DNA of 46,864 nucleotides from Chloroflexota bacterium (GTDB lineage Bacteria; Chloroflexota; Anaerolineae; Anaerolineales; Villigracilaceae): contig JACQYE010000086.1 in NCBI GenBank assembly GCA_016208355.1, forward strand, positions 1 through 46,864, read 5' to 3'. The notes below the pieces were generated by a model. That model saw nothing but the letters and a program-made list of their open reading frames with translations, searched no databases and was not told the DNA's origin. The translations under genes and the position numbers were made by a program. The first letter of the stretch is position 1, and every line of letters starts with the position of its first letter. Positions 33,070 to 44,734 of this stretch are shown piece by piece.

Positions 33070-33999
33070 CTATTTTTGACGCAATAATTCAAGTGCTGTG
33101 GCTAATTCAAATGGAAGAGGCGCTTCAAATACTCGTGGCAGTTTCTCTCCCGGAAGCGCAATTTTCAGTTTTGCTGCATGAAGAAAATGCCTGTCCAGTT
33201 TAATCGTTGGCGTCCTTTTACCATAAACTGTGTCGCCTGCAATGGGACATTTCAAAAACGCCATATGGACGCGAATCTGGTGCGTGCGCCCTGTCAGCGG
33301 GTGGACTTCGAGCAGGGTATGGGTTGGGAAACTTTCCACTGTGCGATATTCGCTGACAGCATCGCGTCCCTTTTCGAGCGGGACAACCGCCATCAGCTTG
33401 CGGTGGGTGGTATTGCGACCTATCGAGGCTTCGACGCGGCCAGTGGGCGTGGGCGGTTTTCCATCCACCAGTGCGAGGTAGGTTTTCTCCACCGCCCGCG
33501 TGCGGAACTGGTCCTGCAACCAGCGGTGCGATTGTTCGTTTTTGGCGATCACAATCAGCCCGGAGGTCTCTTTGTCCAGGCGATGGACAATGCCCGGGCG
33601 TTCCTCTCCACCAATCCCTTCCAGGTCTGGAATGTGGCCCAGAGCGGCATGAACGAGCGTTCCGCTATCGTGTCCCGGCGAGGGGTGGACAACCATCCCG
33701 GCGGGTTTGTTTACAACCATCAGGTCAGCGTTCTCAAAGATGATATCAAGCGGAATATCTTCGGGGGACAGGCTGCTCGGCACAGGCGGGGGGATGCGTA
33801 TCTCGATGCGCGCACCGGGCGCCAGGTCCCGCCCCGATTTCGTGACAGGTTGCCCGTCCACACAGACGAAGCCACCCTTGATCAGCCCCTGGATGCGGGA
33901 ACGTGAAAACTCCGGCAGTCGTTCCGCCAGGAAAATATCCAGCCGGATTTTGTCCGCAGCCTCCTGGTTGCAGATAAAGTTCTCAACCCGGTCACCCAC
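33070..33999 (-). CDS. rluD: RluA-family 23S rRNA pseudouridine synthase (RluD-like)
   Basis: S4 domain ([25 protein letters not shown]) plus the catalytic [16 protein letters not shown] motif. Confidence 0.9.
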   Translation of the reverse strand: MGDRVENFICNQEAADKIRLDIFLAERLPEFSRSRIQGLIKGGFVCVDGQPVTKSGRDLAPGARIEIRIPPPVPSSLSPEDIPLDIIFENADLMVVNKPAGMVVHPSPGHDSGTLVHAALGHIPDLEGIGGEERPGIVHRLDKETSGLIVIAKNEQSHRWLQDQFRTRAVEKTYLALVDGKPPTPTGRVEASIGRNTTHRKLMAVVPLEKGRDAVSEYRTVESFPTHTLLEVHPLTGRTHQIRVHMAFLKCPIAGDTVYGKRTPTIKLDRHFLHAAKLKIALPGEKLPRVFEAPLPFELATALELLRQK

Positions 34000-34543
34000 C
34001 TTGTTTTTCTTCCCGGGCTTGCTTTTTCAACTGCCGCTCCGTCCATAACACCCCCACAGCAAGAATCGCGACGCCGACAGAGATGCTTGAATCGGCCACA
34101 TTGAAAACGGCAAAATTACCGACCGATATAAAATCGGTTACATGACCGAATTGCAGGCGGTCAATCAGGTTGCCAATCGCCCCGGCGAACTGCATCGCCA
34201 ACGCCAGCCGCAGCCACCAGTCACGGCGTTCGGCGCGTGGGAAGTAGTAGAAAAGCCCAAGGGACACGATGATCGCAAGGATGGTGAAAACCAGATTACC
34301 GTCCTGGAAAATGCCAAACGCCGCCCCGGTGTTATACCAATGGCGGATGCGGGCGTATGGCATCAACCAGGAGAGCCAATCAGGCAGCCAGTCGCCGCCA
34401 AGCGGGATATTTTCCCGCACAAGAATTTTCGTCCACTGATCGAAGGCGATGATCCCGCCGCTGACCAGGAACAGGTAGGCATAGTCGAGCAGAGAACGCT
34501 TGATGTCAATCTTCGGCTTTTCTATCTTTTCAGATTCGGTCAC
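33992..34543 (-). CDS. lspA: lipoprotein signal peptidase II
   Basis: NTGAAFG and FAVFNVADSSISVG motifs, four TM helices. Confidence 0.9.
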   Translation of the reverse strand: MTESEKIEKPKIDIKRSLLDYAYLFLVSGGIIAFDQWTKILVRENIPLGGDWLPDWLSWLMPYARIRHWYNTGAAFGIFQDGNLVFTILAIIVSLGLFYYFPRAERRDWWLRLALAMQFAGAIGNLIDRLQFGHVTDFISVGNFAVFNVADSSISVGVAILAVGVLWTERQLKKQAREEKQGG

Positions 34544-34546
34544 AAG

Positions 34547-35692
34547 TTACTCCTCGATGTAGACGCGCGGCACGCGCGTGTTGATATTCGTCAGGATTTC
34601 GTAAGGGATTGTCCCGGCCCAGGCAGCCAGTTCGTCGGCGGTAATGGTTTGCCCATCCGCCTCGCCCAAGAGTACCACCTCATCGCCATTGAAAGCCGAA
34701 TCGGCCTCGATGTTGACCATCATCTGATCCATACATATACGCCCTACCTGCGGGTATTTTTTGCCTCGAATCAGCACCTGTGCCTTGTTCGACATATTGC
34801 GAAAATACCCATCCCCGTACCCGACCGGGACGGTGACGATGCGCGTCTCGTGATCGGACTGCCAGGTGGAACCATAACTGACCGGGTGCCCCGGCCTGAC
34901 CACCTTGAAATAGACGACGCGCGACTTCCAGGCGAGCGCAGGCCGGACCTCGAGCCCGCGCGTCACGTCCGGGGAGGGATACACCCCGTAAAGCATAATG
35001 CCGGGGCGCACCATGTCGAAATAGCTTTCCGGCAGTTGCAGGATGGCCGCCGAATTTGCCATGTGGCGTACCGGCATTGGCAGGCTGTGTTTTTCGTAGA
35101 AACTCAGTACCTCGTTGAAGCGCTCCAACTGCAAGCGGGCATGCCCCAGGTCTGGGGCATCCGCATTGGCGAAATGGGAAAAGATTCCTTCCACCTCGAC
35201 ATGCCTGCACTCGAGCGCGGCTTCCTGCAAGGTCTCAGCATTGTAATAGTGGACGCCGATGCGCTCCATGCCGGTATCAACCTTCAAGTGGACTTTCGCC
35301 TTTCGGCGCGCCTCCCCTGCCGCGGCGTCAATCTGCACTAACCGCTCCACCGACGAGGCGGTAAAGGTCAGGTCATATTTCAGGTATTGCGGCACCTGCT
35401 CGCCCCAGATCCCGCCGAGGACCAGGATGGGCGTCTGGATGCCCAGTTCGCGCAGAAAGATACCCTCCTCCAACACGGCTACGCCAAGATAGTCAACGTG
35501 CGGGGCGAGGTGTTTTGCCACTGCTGCCAGTCCGTGCCCGTAGGCATTGGCCTTGACAACGATCATTACCTTCGCTGGAAAAACATGGGAGCGGATTGCC
35601 TCCAGGTTCTGGCGCAAGCGCGCTAGGTTGACCTCCGCCCAAGTGGCGCGCACACCGCCGTTGGCGGCTATCACAGGCTGGTGGATGGACAT
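34547..35692 (-). CDS. alr: alanine racemase
   Basis: VVKANAYGHG PLP-lysine motif. C-terminal ...GRICMDQMMV...EILTNINTRVPRVY. Confidence 0.9.
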   Translation of the reverse strand: MSIHQPVIAANGGVRATWAEVNLARLRQNLEAIRSHVFPAKVMIVVKANAYGHGLAAVAKHLAPHVDYLGVAVLEEGIFLRELGIQTPILVLGGIWGEQVPQYLKYDLTFTASSVERLVQIDAAAGEARRKAKVHLKVDTGMERIGVHYYNAETLQEAALECRHVEVEGIFSHFANADAPDLGHARLQLERFNEVLSFYEKHSLPMPVRHMANSAAILQLPESYFDMVRPGIMLYGVYPSPDVTRGLEVRPALAWKSRVVYFKVVRPGHPVSYGSTWQSDHETRIVTVPVGYGDGYFRNMSNKAQVLIRGKKYPQVGRICMDQMMVNIEADSAFNGDEVVLLGEADGQTITADELAAWAGTIPYEILTNINTRVPRVYIEE

Positions 35693-35844
35693 GGGGGATA
35701 TTGTATCATTTGATAGCGGCCTGTTAGCCAGCCGTTAGGCAGGAATCCGGTTTTAATATGATACTTACAATCAGATTAAAGTCAGCGCCTTGCATAGAGA
35801 TGTCAAGTAAAATCACTTTACCCAGATTCAGAAAAGGAGAAACG

Positions 35845-36702
35845 ATGAAAATTGTTACAGATTGCGCCGCCGATATGCCGGCCGAGGAACGCGCAGAACT
35901 CGGAATTATTGAAGCCCCTTTATACATCCAATTTCCCGAAGGCGAAGTCAATTCCGCTGACATTACCCCGGATGAATTCTACGACCGCCTGGAAGCCATG
36001 CGCCCTGAAATCCCCAGCACCGCCCAGCCTTCCAGCGGCATCTTCGCCGATATCTATCATAAAATCGCCGGCGCTGCTCAGGTGCTTTCCATTCACGTTT
36101 CTTCCGGGTTAAGCGGCACAATCAACTCAGCTCGCATGGGCGCCGAACAAATCAAGGAGAAAGTGGTCAGCGTGGTGGACTCTATGACCCTTTCCGGCGG
36201 TGAACGCTTCCAAGTGCTGGCCGCTGCCAAGGCCGCAAAAAAGGGCTGGAGCATCGAATCCATCCTCGAGCGGCTGGGTAAGATCCGCGAGAACACCGAG
36301 GTTATCTACACACTCGAAACGCTGGAATACCTGGCGCGCGGTGGACGCATCGGGCGCGCCCAGGCCCTGCTCGGATCGGTGCTCAAGATCAAACCTGTCA
36401 TTCATGTGGACAGGATTGACGGGAAATATTCGACTATCGGCAAGACGCGCACCATCCCGGGCGCGCTGGAAATCATCACCGACCACTTGCATCAGACCTA
36501 CGCTGAAAAAGAATTATGGGTCAGCGTGTTGCACGGGCGTTTTGGCGATGGCGCCAAGTCGCTGGCCGAATCGCTGGGGAAACGACTGAACGTCAAGAAA
36601 CTGGAAATCCTGCGCATCTCTCCCGTGCTGGGCGTTCATACCGGACCGGGAATCGTGGGCGCGGCCGTTGTGCCCATGGAACTCATGGAAGACCTGGCCT
36701 GA
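35845..36702 (+). CDS. DegV-family fatty-acid-binding protein
   Basis: MKIVTDCAADMP..., STAQPSSG, SSGLSGT, LEYLARGGRIG, VHTGPG motifs. AAAGGAGA Shine-Dalgarno. Confidence 0.85.
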   Translation: MKIVTDCAADMPAEERAELGIIEAPLYIQFPEGEVNSADITPDEFYDRLEAMRPEIPSTAQPSSGIFADIYHKIAGAAQVLSIHVSSGLSGTINSARMGAEQIKEKVVSVVDSMTLSGGERFQVLAAAKAAKKGWSIESILERLGKIRENTEVIYTLETLEYLARGGRIGRAQALLGSVLKIKPVIHVDRIDGKYSTIGKTRTIPGALEIITDHLHQTYAEKELWVSVLHGRFGDGAKSLAESLGKRLNVKKLEILRISPVLGVHTGPGIVGAAVVPMELMEDLA

Positions 36703-36707
36703 CAACC

Positions 36708-36751
36708 AACTCCCGCAGGGAATGTGAACTGAAACCTGCGGGAGTTTTTTT
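36708..36751 (+). terminator. rho-independent terminator after degV
   Basis: AACTCCCGCAGG (15-nt loop) CCTGCGGGAGTT followed by TTTTT. Confidence 0.75.
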
Positions 36752-36796
36752 AGCCAAGAAAGGGGGCAAAAATGCGTCCCAATATGCTCTATTCTT

Positions 36797-37009
36797 CTAT
36801 AACGCTTCCGCGGTATAGCCGGCTTTTTTCACAGCGGCAAAAATCTCAGCCTCCCCCACCAGCGTTTCGTCAAACTCAACGATCATTCGTCCCCTCTGGT
36901 AACTGGCCGAAACCTGCTTGACGCCTGGCAGGTCATCTTCGATGCTTTCCACGCGCATAACGCAATTGGGGCAGGTCATGCCGTCCACGCGAAAGGTTCT
37001 CTTTATCAT
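36797..37009 (-). CDS. heavy-metal-associated (HMA) domain protein, CopZ-like
   Basis: MIKRTFRVDGMTCPNCVMRVE... with CxxC. The ATG lies 1 nt after the upstream stop. Confidence 0.8.
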   Translation of the reverse strand: MIKRTFRVDGMTCPNCVMRVESIEDDLPGVKQVSASYQRGRMIVEFDETLVGEAEIFAAVKKAGYTAEAL

Positions 37010-37010
37010 C

Positions 37011-38051
37011 TCAATCTCCAAAAACAATCTCGCCCGTGTACATTCCCATCGAGCAGGTGAACGGGATCACGGTCCCGGCCGGTTGGGCCGGGATAGAAAT
37101 TGGGACGACGCCCGTCTCCGGCAGGATCACTTCCACGCCCAGGGCTGGGATGAGAAAAGCGCGCGAGCAGGAATAGGTATTCTCAGTGACAACGTTCAAC
37201 GTCAGCGGGACACCCGCCGGGGCGTTGAGACGGCTCGGCGAATAGCCGTAATTTTCAGCATTCAGGACCAGGGTCCCGTCCGTGGTATCCGGGACGAAAG
37301 CAGTGGCGGGGGCGTCCTGCGCGGCAGCCGTCAGGCTCGGGAAGGCCAGCGGGGAACCCATCAGGTTAAGACCGCTGTTCATTGACACCAATCCCAGAAC
37401 AAGGACAACCACCGCCACGAAGCGCATGAACCATTTCTCAAGCCGCGCCCCGATCTGGGTGGTTAAGTAGGCCACCAGGAAGAATACCGGGCTTGTTCCC
37501 AGCACGAAGGCAAACATCAACGCCGCACCCTGGAGCGGGTCGCCAGTAGCGAGCGCCACGGCCATCATGGCCTGCGTCACGCCGCAAGGGATGAGCACCG
37601 TCAACGCGCCGAGGAAGAGAGGGGTAAACCAATCCGTGTTGGTCTTGGCGGTGCGGCGGATGTAGCGGGTAACGAATTTGGGCGGCTCAATGGCGAAAAT
37701 GCGGAAGAACGGATGAACATTGAACATCCGCAACGCATTACCCACCATGAAAACCCCGATGGCGATCAACAGGATGGCGCGCAGGGTGGCATTGAGCGTC
37801 AACACTGATCCAAGCAAGCCCAACAATAAACCAAGGAAGGTATAAGCTACCAATTTAGCCAGCAAAAAGAGGACAATAGGAAGCGCGGTCTTGGGGCGGG
37901 TAACGCGTTTGCTTTTTTTATTCCCGGCTGTGAGCATGTCCTGTTCGATTTGGTAAGCCAGGGAAGAAGCCAATAACCCACCCTGAACTGCCATGCAGGA
38001 AAGTCCGCCTGTGGTCAAACCGGTAATGAATGCTACGAGGTATTGTTCCAT
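37011..38051 (-). CDS. DsbD_2/TauE-like polytopic membrane protein with C-terminal cupredoxin-like domain (putative metal permease)
   Basis: TGGLSCMAVQGG and LIPCGVTQ Cys motifs within TM helices. Soluble C-terminal domain: YSPSRLNAPAGVPLTLNVVTENTYSCSRAF...FTCSMGMYTGEIVF. Confidence 0.65.
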   Translation of the reverse strand: MEQYLVAFITGLTTGGLSCMAVQGGLLASSLAYQIEQDMLTAGNKKSKRVTRPKTALPIVLFLLAKLVAYTFLGLLLGLLGSVLTLNATLRAILLIAIGVFMVGNALRMFNVHPFFRIFAIEPPKFVTRYIRRTAKTNTDWFTPLFLGALTVLIPCGVTQAMMAVALATGDPLQGAALMFAFVLGTSPVFFLVAYLTTQIGARLEKWFMRFVAVVVLVLGLVSMNSGLNLMGSPLAFPSLTAAAQDAPATAFVPDTTDGTLVLNAENYGYSPSRLNAPAGVPLTLNVVTENTYSCSRAFLIPALGVEVILPETGVVPISIPAQPAGTVIPFTCSMGMYTGEIVFGD

Positions 38052-38077
38052 GTATTTTTTTCTGCTTTGATGGATGG

Positions 38078-38272
38078 TTAATCTTTGGGATGCTCGATCT
38101 CACCCGCCATGAATCGTTCCGGATCGGATTCGAATGCCGAGAGGCAGGCATTTGTGCAAAAGTAGACTCGTTCACCATGAAAGATGGCGCTGGGAAAACG
38201 TTCCGGGTCTTTCATCTTCCCGCCGCAGGCGGTGAGCAATTCCCGGTCAGTAAAAGTCGGAGATTGAGACAT
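38078..38272 (-). CDS. YHS/TRASH-domain metal-binding protein
   Basis: 64 aa. ACGGKMKDPERFPSAIFHGERVYFCTNACLSAFESDPERF. Confidence 0.75.
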   Translation of the reverse strand: MSQSPTFTDRELLTACGGKMKDPERFPSAIFHGERVYFCTNACLSAFESDPERFMAGEIEHPKD

Positions 38273-38276
38273 GAGA

Positions 38277-40778
<2,502 letters not shown>

Positions 40779-40802
40779 TATTCACCAATAATTGCATAAC
40801 GC

Positions 40803-40830
40803 GTAGGGGCGAACAGCCGCTCGCCCCTAC
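40803..40830. repeat. palindromic hairpin GTAGGGGCGA-n8-TCGCCCCTAC between copZ and copA
   Basis: Perfect 10-bp arms. Same core as the arms of the 2409-2505 inverted repeat. Confidence 0.6.
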
Positions 40831-40835
40831 CGAAA

Positions 40836-41042
40836 TTACGCCGCGACCGGATAATTAATCTCGGCCATCAGCGCCTTGATCTTCATTTCGTCCGCCGGGG
40901 ACTCGAATACAATCTCGACCTTCTTGCTGGCCGCATCAGCCTTGACGGATTTGATGCCCGCCAGTTCCGATACTTCGGACTGGATGGTATGGATACAGTG
41001 CATGCACGAAATGTTGGGAACGGAATAGGTTACGGTTGTCAT
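40836..41042 (-). CDS. copZ: copper chaperone CopZ (HMA domain)
   Basis: MTTVTYSVPNISCMHCIHTIQSEV... with CxxC. GGAG Shine-Dalgarno before the ATG at 41042. Confidence 0.85.
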   Translation of the reverse strand: MTTVTYSVPNISCMHCIHTIQSEVSELAGIKSVKADAASKKVEIVFESPADEMKIKALMAEINYPVAA

Positions 41043-41101
41043 GGTTAACTCCTGTAAATTTGATGAATGGTGCAATTTGATTATAGGCTACACGCTAAAT
41101 T

Positions 41102-41371
41102 TCATGCTTTCGTTGAGGTCTCGAACACCTCCAGTACTTCCTTCAACACTCGCTGGCGCTCCGCCGGGTCTTCGCCCTGTACCGCAGTGATGACACATGA
41201 ATTCAGGTGGTTATCGAGAATCTGTGCGCTGACCTTGTTCAACGCCGCCTCCACCGCCTGCACCTGACGGATGACGTCTATGCAATAGGCATCTTCTTCC
41301 ACCATGCGGATGACTCCCTTTAAGTGTCCCTCCACGATCCGCAAACGCTTCAGAACATCATCGTTTTTCAT
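41102..41371 (-). CDS. csoR: CsoR-family copper-sensing transcriptional repressor
   Basis: 89 aa. LKRLRIVEGHLKGVIRMVEEDAYCIDVIRQVQAVEAAL...HLNSC carries the C-H-C ligand pattern. Confidence 0.9.
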   Translation of the reverse strand: MKNDDVLKRLRIVEGHLKGVIRMVEEDAYCIDVIRQVQAVEAALNKVSAQILDNHLNSCVITAVQGEDPAERQRVLKEVLEVFETSTKA

Positions 41372-41421
41372 CCTGCCTCCTCAAAACCGGCTTCTGTCGC
41401 TCGGTCCGGATTTCTTCGCAC

Positions 41422-41446
41422 ATCCCCCCCAGGGGGGTGGGGTATA
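41422..41446. promoter_or_regulatory. probable CsoR operator (G/C-tract pseudo-palindrome)
   Basis: Minus strand: ATACCCCACCCCCCTGGGGGGGAT. Resembles known CsoR boxes (TACCCC...GGGGTA type) and lies just downstream of the predicted -10. Confidence 0.55.
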
Positions 41447-41456
41447 GGTTTTTCCA

Positions 41457-41485
41457 AATATAGCCCAGCACACCCGAATTGTCAA
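41457..41485 (-). promoter_or_regulatory. sigma-70 promoter of the csoR-copZ-copA operon
   Basis: Minus strand: TTGACA (plus 41480-41485), 17-nt spacer, TATATT (plus 41457-41462). Confidence 0.6.
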
Positions 41486-41576
41486 GAAGTCCGGTTGCCA
41501 AATGGTTACCTTCTGATAGAACGAGACCGTTGAATGCGTGTTATCATTTGTGTATTCCATATCAAAAGGAGCAGAT

Positions 41577-42431
41577 ATGTCCCGCACAGCAATTATTACC
41601 GATACCGATTCATCCCTGCCAGTAGCACTGGCAAAGAAGTATGATATTGTCCAGGTCCCCATCATCATCCAGTTCGGCGACGAATCCTTTCGTGACGTGT
41701 ATGACATTGACAACGACGCCGTCTTTACCCGCATAGATCGGGAGGGGAAACTACCCACCACGGCTGCCCCCTCTCCGGGTCAGTTCGTAGAGACTTTCAA
41801 GGCCGCCTTCGATTCCGGCGCAGACTCGGTGCTATGTTTCAACATCAGCAGCGAGATGAGCGCTACCTATGCCTCCGCCCGGCAGGCGGCTGAGTTGCTT
41901 CCAGGTAAACGCATCGAGGTGGTGGATACCCGCAGTCTCGCCATGGGACAGGGTTTCATGGTGCTGGCGGCGGCCGAGGCGGTTGCCAACGGCGCGTCCA
42001 TCGAAGAGGCGATTTCCGCTGCTGAAAACATTCGCAATAGAACATATCTCTTCGGCGCCCTTGCCACCCTGAAATACATCGCCATGAGCGGACGTGTCAG
42101 CCACCTGGCGGCAGGCATGGCCGGACTGCTGGACATCAAACCGATCCTGTCACTGCAAAATGGGAAATTGGAACTTCTGGAAAAAATCCGCACCCAGAAC
42201 AAATCCTGGAACCGCGCCGTCGAGCTGACTGTAGAAAAAGCCGCCGGGCGTAAGATCGAGAAAATGGCCGTCCTGAACGTCAAAGCCCCCGAAGCCGCGC
42301 GCGAGTTTGAAGGTCTCCTGCGCGCCGCCCTGCCGTGCCCGGAAGAGATTGTCTTCACCGATGTTACGCCGGGCCTGTCGATTCACACGGGAGCAGGGAT
42401 GGTGGCGGTGGTTATCGTCACAGCAGATTAA
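41577..42431 (+). CDS. DegV-family fatty-acid-binding protein (second paralogue)
   Basis: MSRTAIITDTDSSLP..., TTAAPSPG, SSEMSATY, LKYIAMSGRV, IHTGAG. AAAGGAG Shine-Dalgarno. Confidence 0.85.
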   Translation: MSRTAIITDTDSSLPVALAKKYDIVQVPIIIQFGDESFRDVYDIDNDAVFTRIDREGKLPTTAAPSPGQFVETFKAAFDSGADSVLCFNISSEMSATYASARQAAELLPGKRIEVVDTRSLAMGQGFMVLAAAEAVANGASIEEAISAAENIRNRTYLFGALATLKYIAMSGRVSHLAAGMAGLLDIKPILSLQNGKLELLEKIRTQNKSWNRAVELTVEKAAGRKIEKMAVLNVKAPEAAREFEGLLRAALPCPEEIVFTDVTPGLSIHTGAGMVAVVIVTAD

Positions 42432-42461
42432 TCCTGCCTGGCTTTTGGTCATCAGGAAAAC

Positions 42462-42490
42462 CGGAGGCTTCCAATTCTTGGAGGCCTCCG
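42462..42490 (+). terminator. hairpin after degV2 (possible terminator, no clear T-tract)
   Basis: CGGAGGCTTCCAA ttc TTGGAGGCCTCCG, 13-bp stem with one mismatch. Confidence 0.45.
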
Positions 42491-42550
42491 ACAATTTAAG
42501 CACATCGCTCATCGTGATACAATCCAACCTGAGAGAAAGTGAGACCTCCA

Positions 42551-43486
42551 ATGAAACGCGCTGTTTTCCTCCACCTGCTCTTTATCGCCTTGTTCCTGCT
42601 CCTCCCCGCTTGTACCCGCCGTGTCCAGAATGCAACCTCATCCGTAGAAAATAACATCCAGATTGGCGGCTTTGAGCGCACGTATCTCCTTCACGTCCCG
42701 CCTACGTACGACAGCAGCCAGCCCTGGCCGCTGGTATTCGTCTTCCACGGCGGATTTGGGAACGCAGACAAAACCGACGAGCTGACCGGTTTTTCCCAAC
42801 TGGCTGACGAGGCAGGGTTCATCGGTTTCTATCCCAACGCCCGTCGGGATCACTGGAATGACGTGCGCTCCACCGATCCGCTGTACACAGATACCGATGA
42901 TGTTGGCTTTGTTTCCGCCCTAATTGACGCACTATCAGAGACTTACAATATTGACTCCCGGCGGGTCTATGCAGCCGGTGTCTCCAACGGTGGAATATTC
43001 TCCTACCGCCTTGCCTGCGACCTTTCCGACCGGCTGGCAGCCATTGGCCCGGTGGCAGGTTCGCTGGCCGAAAACCTGGCTTCGACCTGCTCCCCGGCCC
43101 AGCCCATCTCCATCATCCACATTCACGGACTGGCAGACCAGCTCGTCCGCTTCGAGGGCGGCGAGGTGCCGGGACCTTACGGCGGCGTTGTCCACCCCGT
43201 TTTGGACACACTCGCCCTCTGGGTGGATTGGAATGGCTGCACAGGCTCCCCGCAGACCAGCAACCTGCCAGACGCCGACCCGGATGATGGGACGACCGTC
43301 CTGGTCAGTACATACACTGATTGCAGCGACAGCACTTCCATTACCCTCTACCTCATCGAGGGCGGCGGCCATACCTGGCCTGGCGGAAGTGACTACGATG
43401 GCAGCAGCGCGAACGGGAACATAAGCCGCGATTTCAGCGCCACGGAAGCCATCTGGGAATTCTTCAAACAACACCCAAAGCCATGA
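42551..43486 (+). CDS. secreted PHB-depolymerase-family esterase (LpqC-like alpha/beta hydrolase)
   Basis: Signal peptide MKRAVFLHLLFIALFLLLPAC. ERTYLLHVPPTYD..PLVFVFHGG and the nucleophile elbow AGVSNGG. Confidence 0.8.
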   Translation: MKRAVFLHLLFIALFLLLPACTRRVQNATSSVENNIQIGGFERTYLLHVPPTYDSSQPWPLVFVFHGGFGNADKTDELTGFSQLADEAGFIGFYPNARRDHWNDVRSTDPLYTDTDDVGFVSALIDALSETYNIDSRRVYAAGVSNGGIFSYRLACDLSDRLAAIGPVAGSLAENLASTCSPAQPISIIHIHGLADQLVRFEGGEVPGPYGGVVHPVLDTLALWVDWNGCTGSPQTSNLPDADPDDGTTVLVSTYTDCSDSTSITLYLIEGGGHTWPGGSDYDGSSANGNISRDFSATEAIWEFFKQHPKP

Positions 43487-43965
43487 TCAATCCCACCCGC
43501 ATCCTTTTTATCCACGGTTCTGAAAGCAACAGCCAGACGTACAAAGCCCAGGTACTCCGCACACGTTTTCCGGAAATAATTATTCCGGATTTCAGCGGAC
43601 CGCTCAACGTGCGCATGGCGCAATTGGCGAACATTATCAAGGACGAGAGCGGCTGGACGCTGATCGGCTCCTCCCTGGGGGGCCTGATGGCCGCGCTTTT
43701 TGCGACTCAGCACCCGGGTCAGGTGCGCAGACTGGTGCTGCTGGCCCCAGCCTTGAACCTGCCCGAGTTCGCCCATCGCCTGCCGAAACCGGTGAAAGTC
43801 CCGACCGTCCTGGTCATTGGCATGAAAGACGATGTCATCCCCGGCGAAACCGTCCGGCGGCTGGCAAAACGCATCTTCCCGAAGCTGACCTATCTCTCGG
43901 TGGACGACGACCACCGTCTGCACCACACCGCTGATACGCTGGACTGGCAAGGCCTGCTGGATTAA
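43483..43965 (+). CDS. small alpha/beta hydrolase (YqiA-like esterase)
   Basis: ILFIHGSESN, GSSLGG (GxSxG), MKDDVIP and DDDHRL, giving a Ser-Asp-His triad. ATGA overlap with the upstream gene. Confidence 0.75.
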   Translation: MINPTRILFIHGSESNSQTYKAQVLRTRFPEIIIPDFSGPLNVRMAQLANIIKDESGWTLIGSSLGGLMAALFATQHPGQVRRLVLLAPALNLPEFAHRLPKPVKVPTVLVIGMKDDVIPGETVRRLAKRIFPKLTYLSVDDDHRLHHTADTLDWQGLLD

Positions 43966-44306
43966 GATTTGGCTTGCATCGTCACCAGAACGATGCCAAT
44001 GAGAATGAAAGCCGTCCCAGCCCATTGCCAGGGCGTGATCGCTTCCCGGAAGACAAGGCGCGCCACCACAATCTGGATCGAGAGGATGACCAGCGCCTGG
44101 CTCAACGGATAAGCAATATGCACCGGGACAGTTTTATAGACCCATGAGAGCGCCAACACGCCGAGGAAACTGGTGAGGTTGGCAGCGACCTGCCAGAGCA
44201 GGAACTGTTTCACCCCGCCGCTGGTGGATAATTTGAAGCCGACGGTTGCCAGCGACGAGGTGAGAGTGTGAACGAGTATCAGGGGAATGGCGCGGAAGAT
44301 CTGCAT
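43962..44306 (-). CDS. small four-TM DMT/EamA-like membrane protein
   Basis: AAGGAG Shine-Dalgarno before the ATG at 44306. MQIFRAIPLILVHTLTSSLATVGFKL...WQWAGTAFILIGIVLV. The track ORF extends further upstream without support. Confidence 0.6.
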   Translation of the reverse strand: MQIFRAIPLILVHTLTSSLATVGFKLSTSGGVKQFLLWQVAANLTSFLGVLALSWVYKTVPVHIAYPLSQALVILSIQIVVARLVFREAITPWQWAGTAFILIGIVLVTMQAKS

Positions 44307-44340
44307 GGAGACTCCTTTGTAACAGGGATTATTATCGCAC

Positions 44341-44487
44341 ATGAACCCGAAACCCAGAACCCTTCTCAATGAAAACCTGCGTTGGTTCCTGCTGGCAATG
44401 ATCCTGGCCAATATTGCCGGGCAGATGGCCTACAGCATGTTGTCGCATATCTTCCTCGGACATGATACGGACGAGGATTCCAGTTAA
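44341..44487 (+). pseudogene. possible 5-prime remnant of an MFS transporter gene (48 codons)
   Basis: MNPKPRTLLNENLRWFLLAMILANIAGQMAYSML resembles an MFS N-terminus plus TM1. It is followed by unrelated residues and a stop. Confidence 0.3.
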
Positions 44488-44536
44488 GTTGAAAAGACGC
44501 CCTGACATTCGTTAACCTGCTTTTAACCGTCCTCAT

Positions 44537-44565
44537 TTGACAATCCTCCCCTCCCCTGCTATACT
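44537..44565 (+). promoter_or_regulatory. near-consensus sigma-70 promoter upstream of rnj
   Basis: TTGACA (44537-44542), 17-nt spacer, TATACT (44560-44565). This implies a leader of about 160 nt. Confidence 0.6.
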
Positions 44566-44734
44566 CCCCCCGCTATTGTAGTAACGAGCCAATCGTACTA
44601 CCCTTCAAATTGACTTTCACTGCCTCTGGCAGTTTAGTAATCTTACAACCTACCTGTTCTCCCAACCCCTCAATGGGGTGTTTTGTGTTTTACGTTCAAG
44701 CACGGGCGGGACAGAATAAGAAAAAAGGAAAACC

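Noticed and set aside
34142-35341. 399-aa plus-strand ORF
   Set aside because: It lies antisense to lspA and alr, both of which carry clear family motifs.
43393-44025. 210-aa minus-strand ORF spanning the two esterase genes
   Set aside because: It lies antisense to genes that carry GxSxG hydrolase motifs, and I recognise no family.
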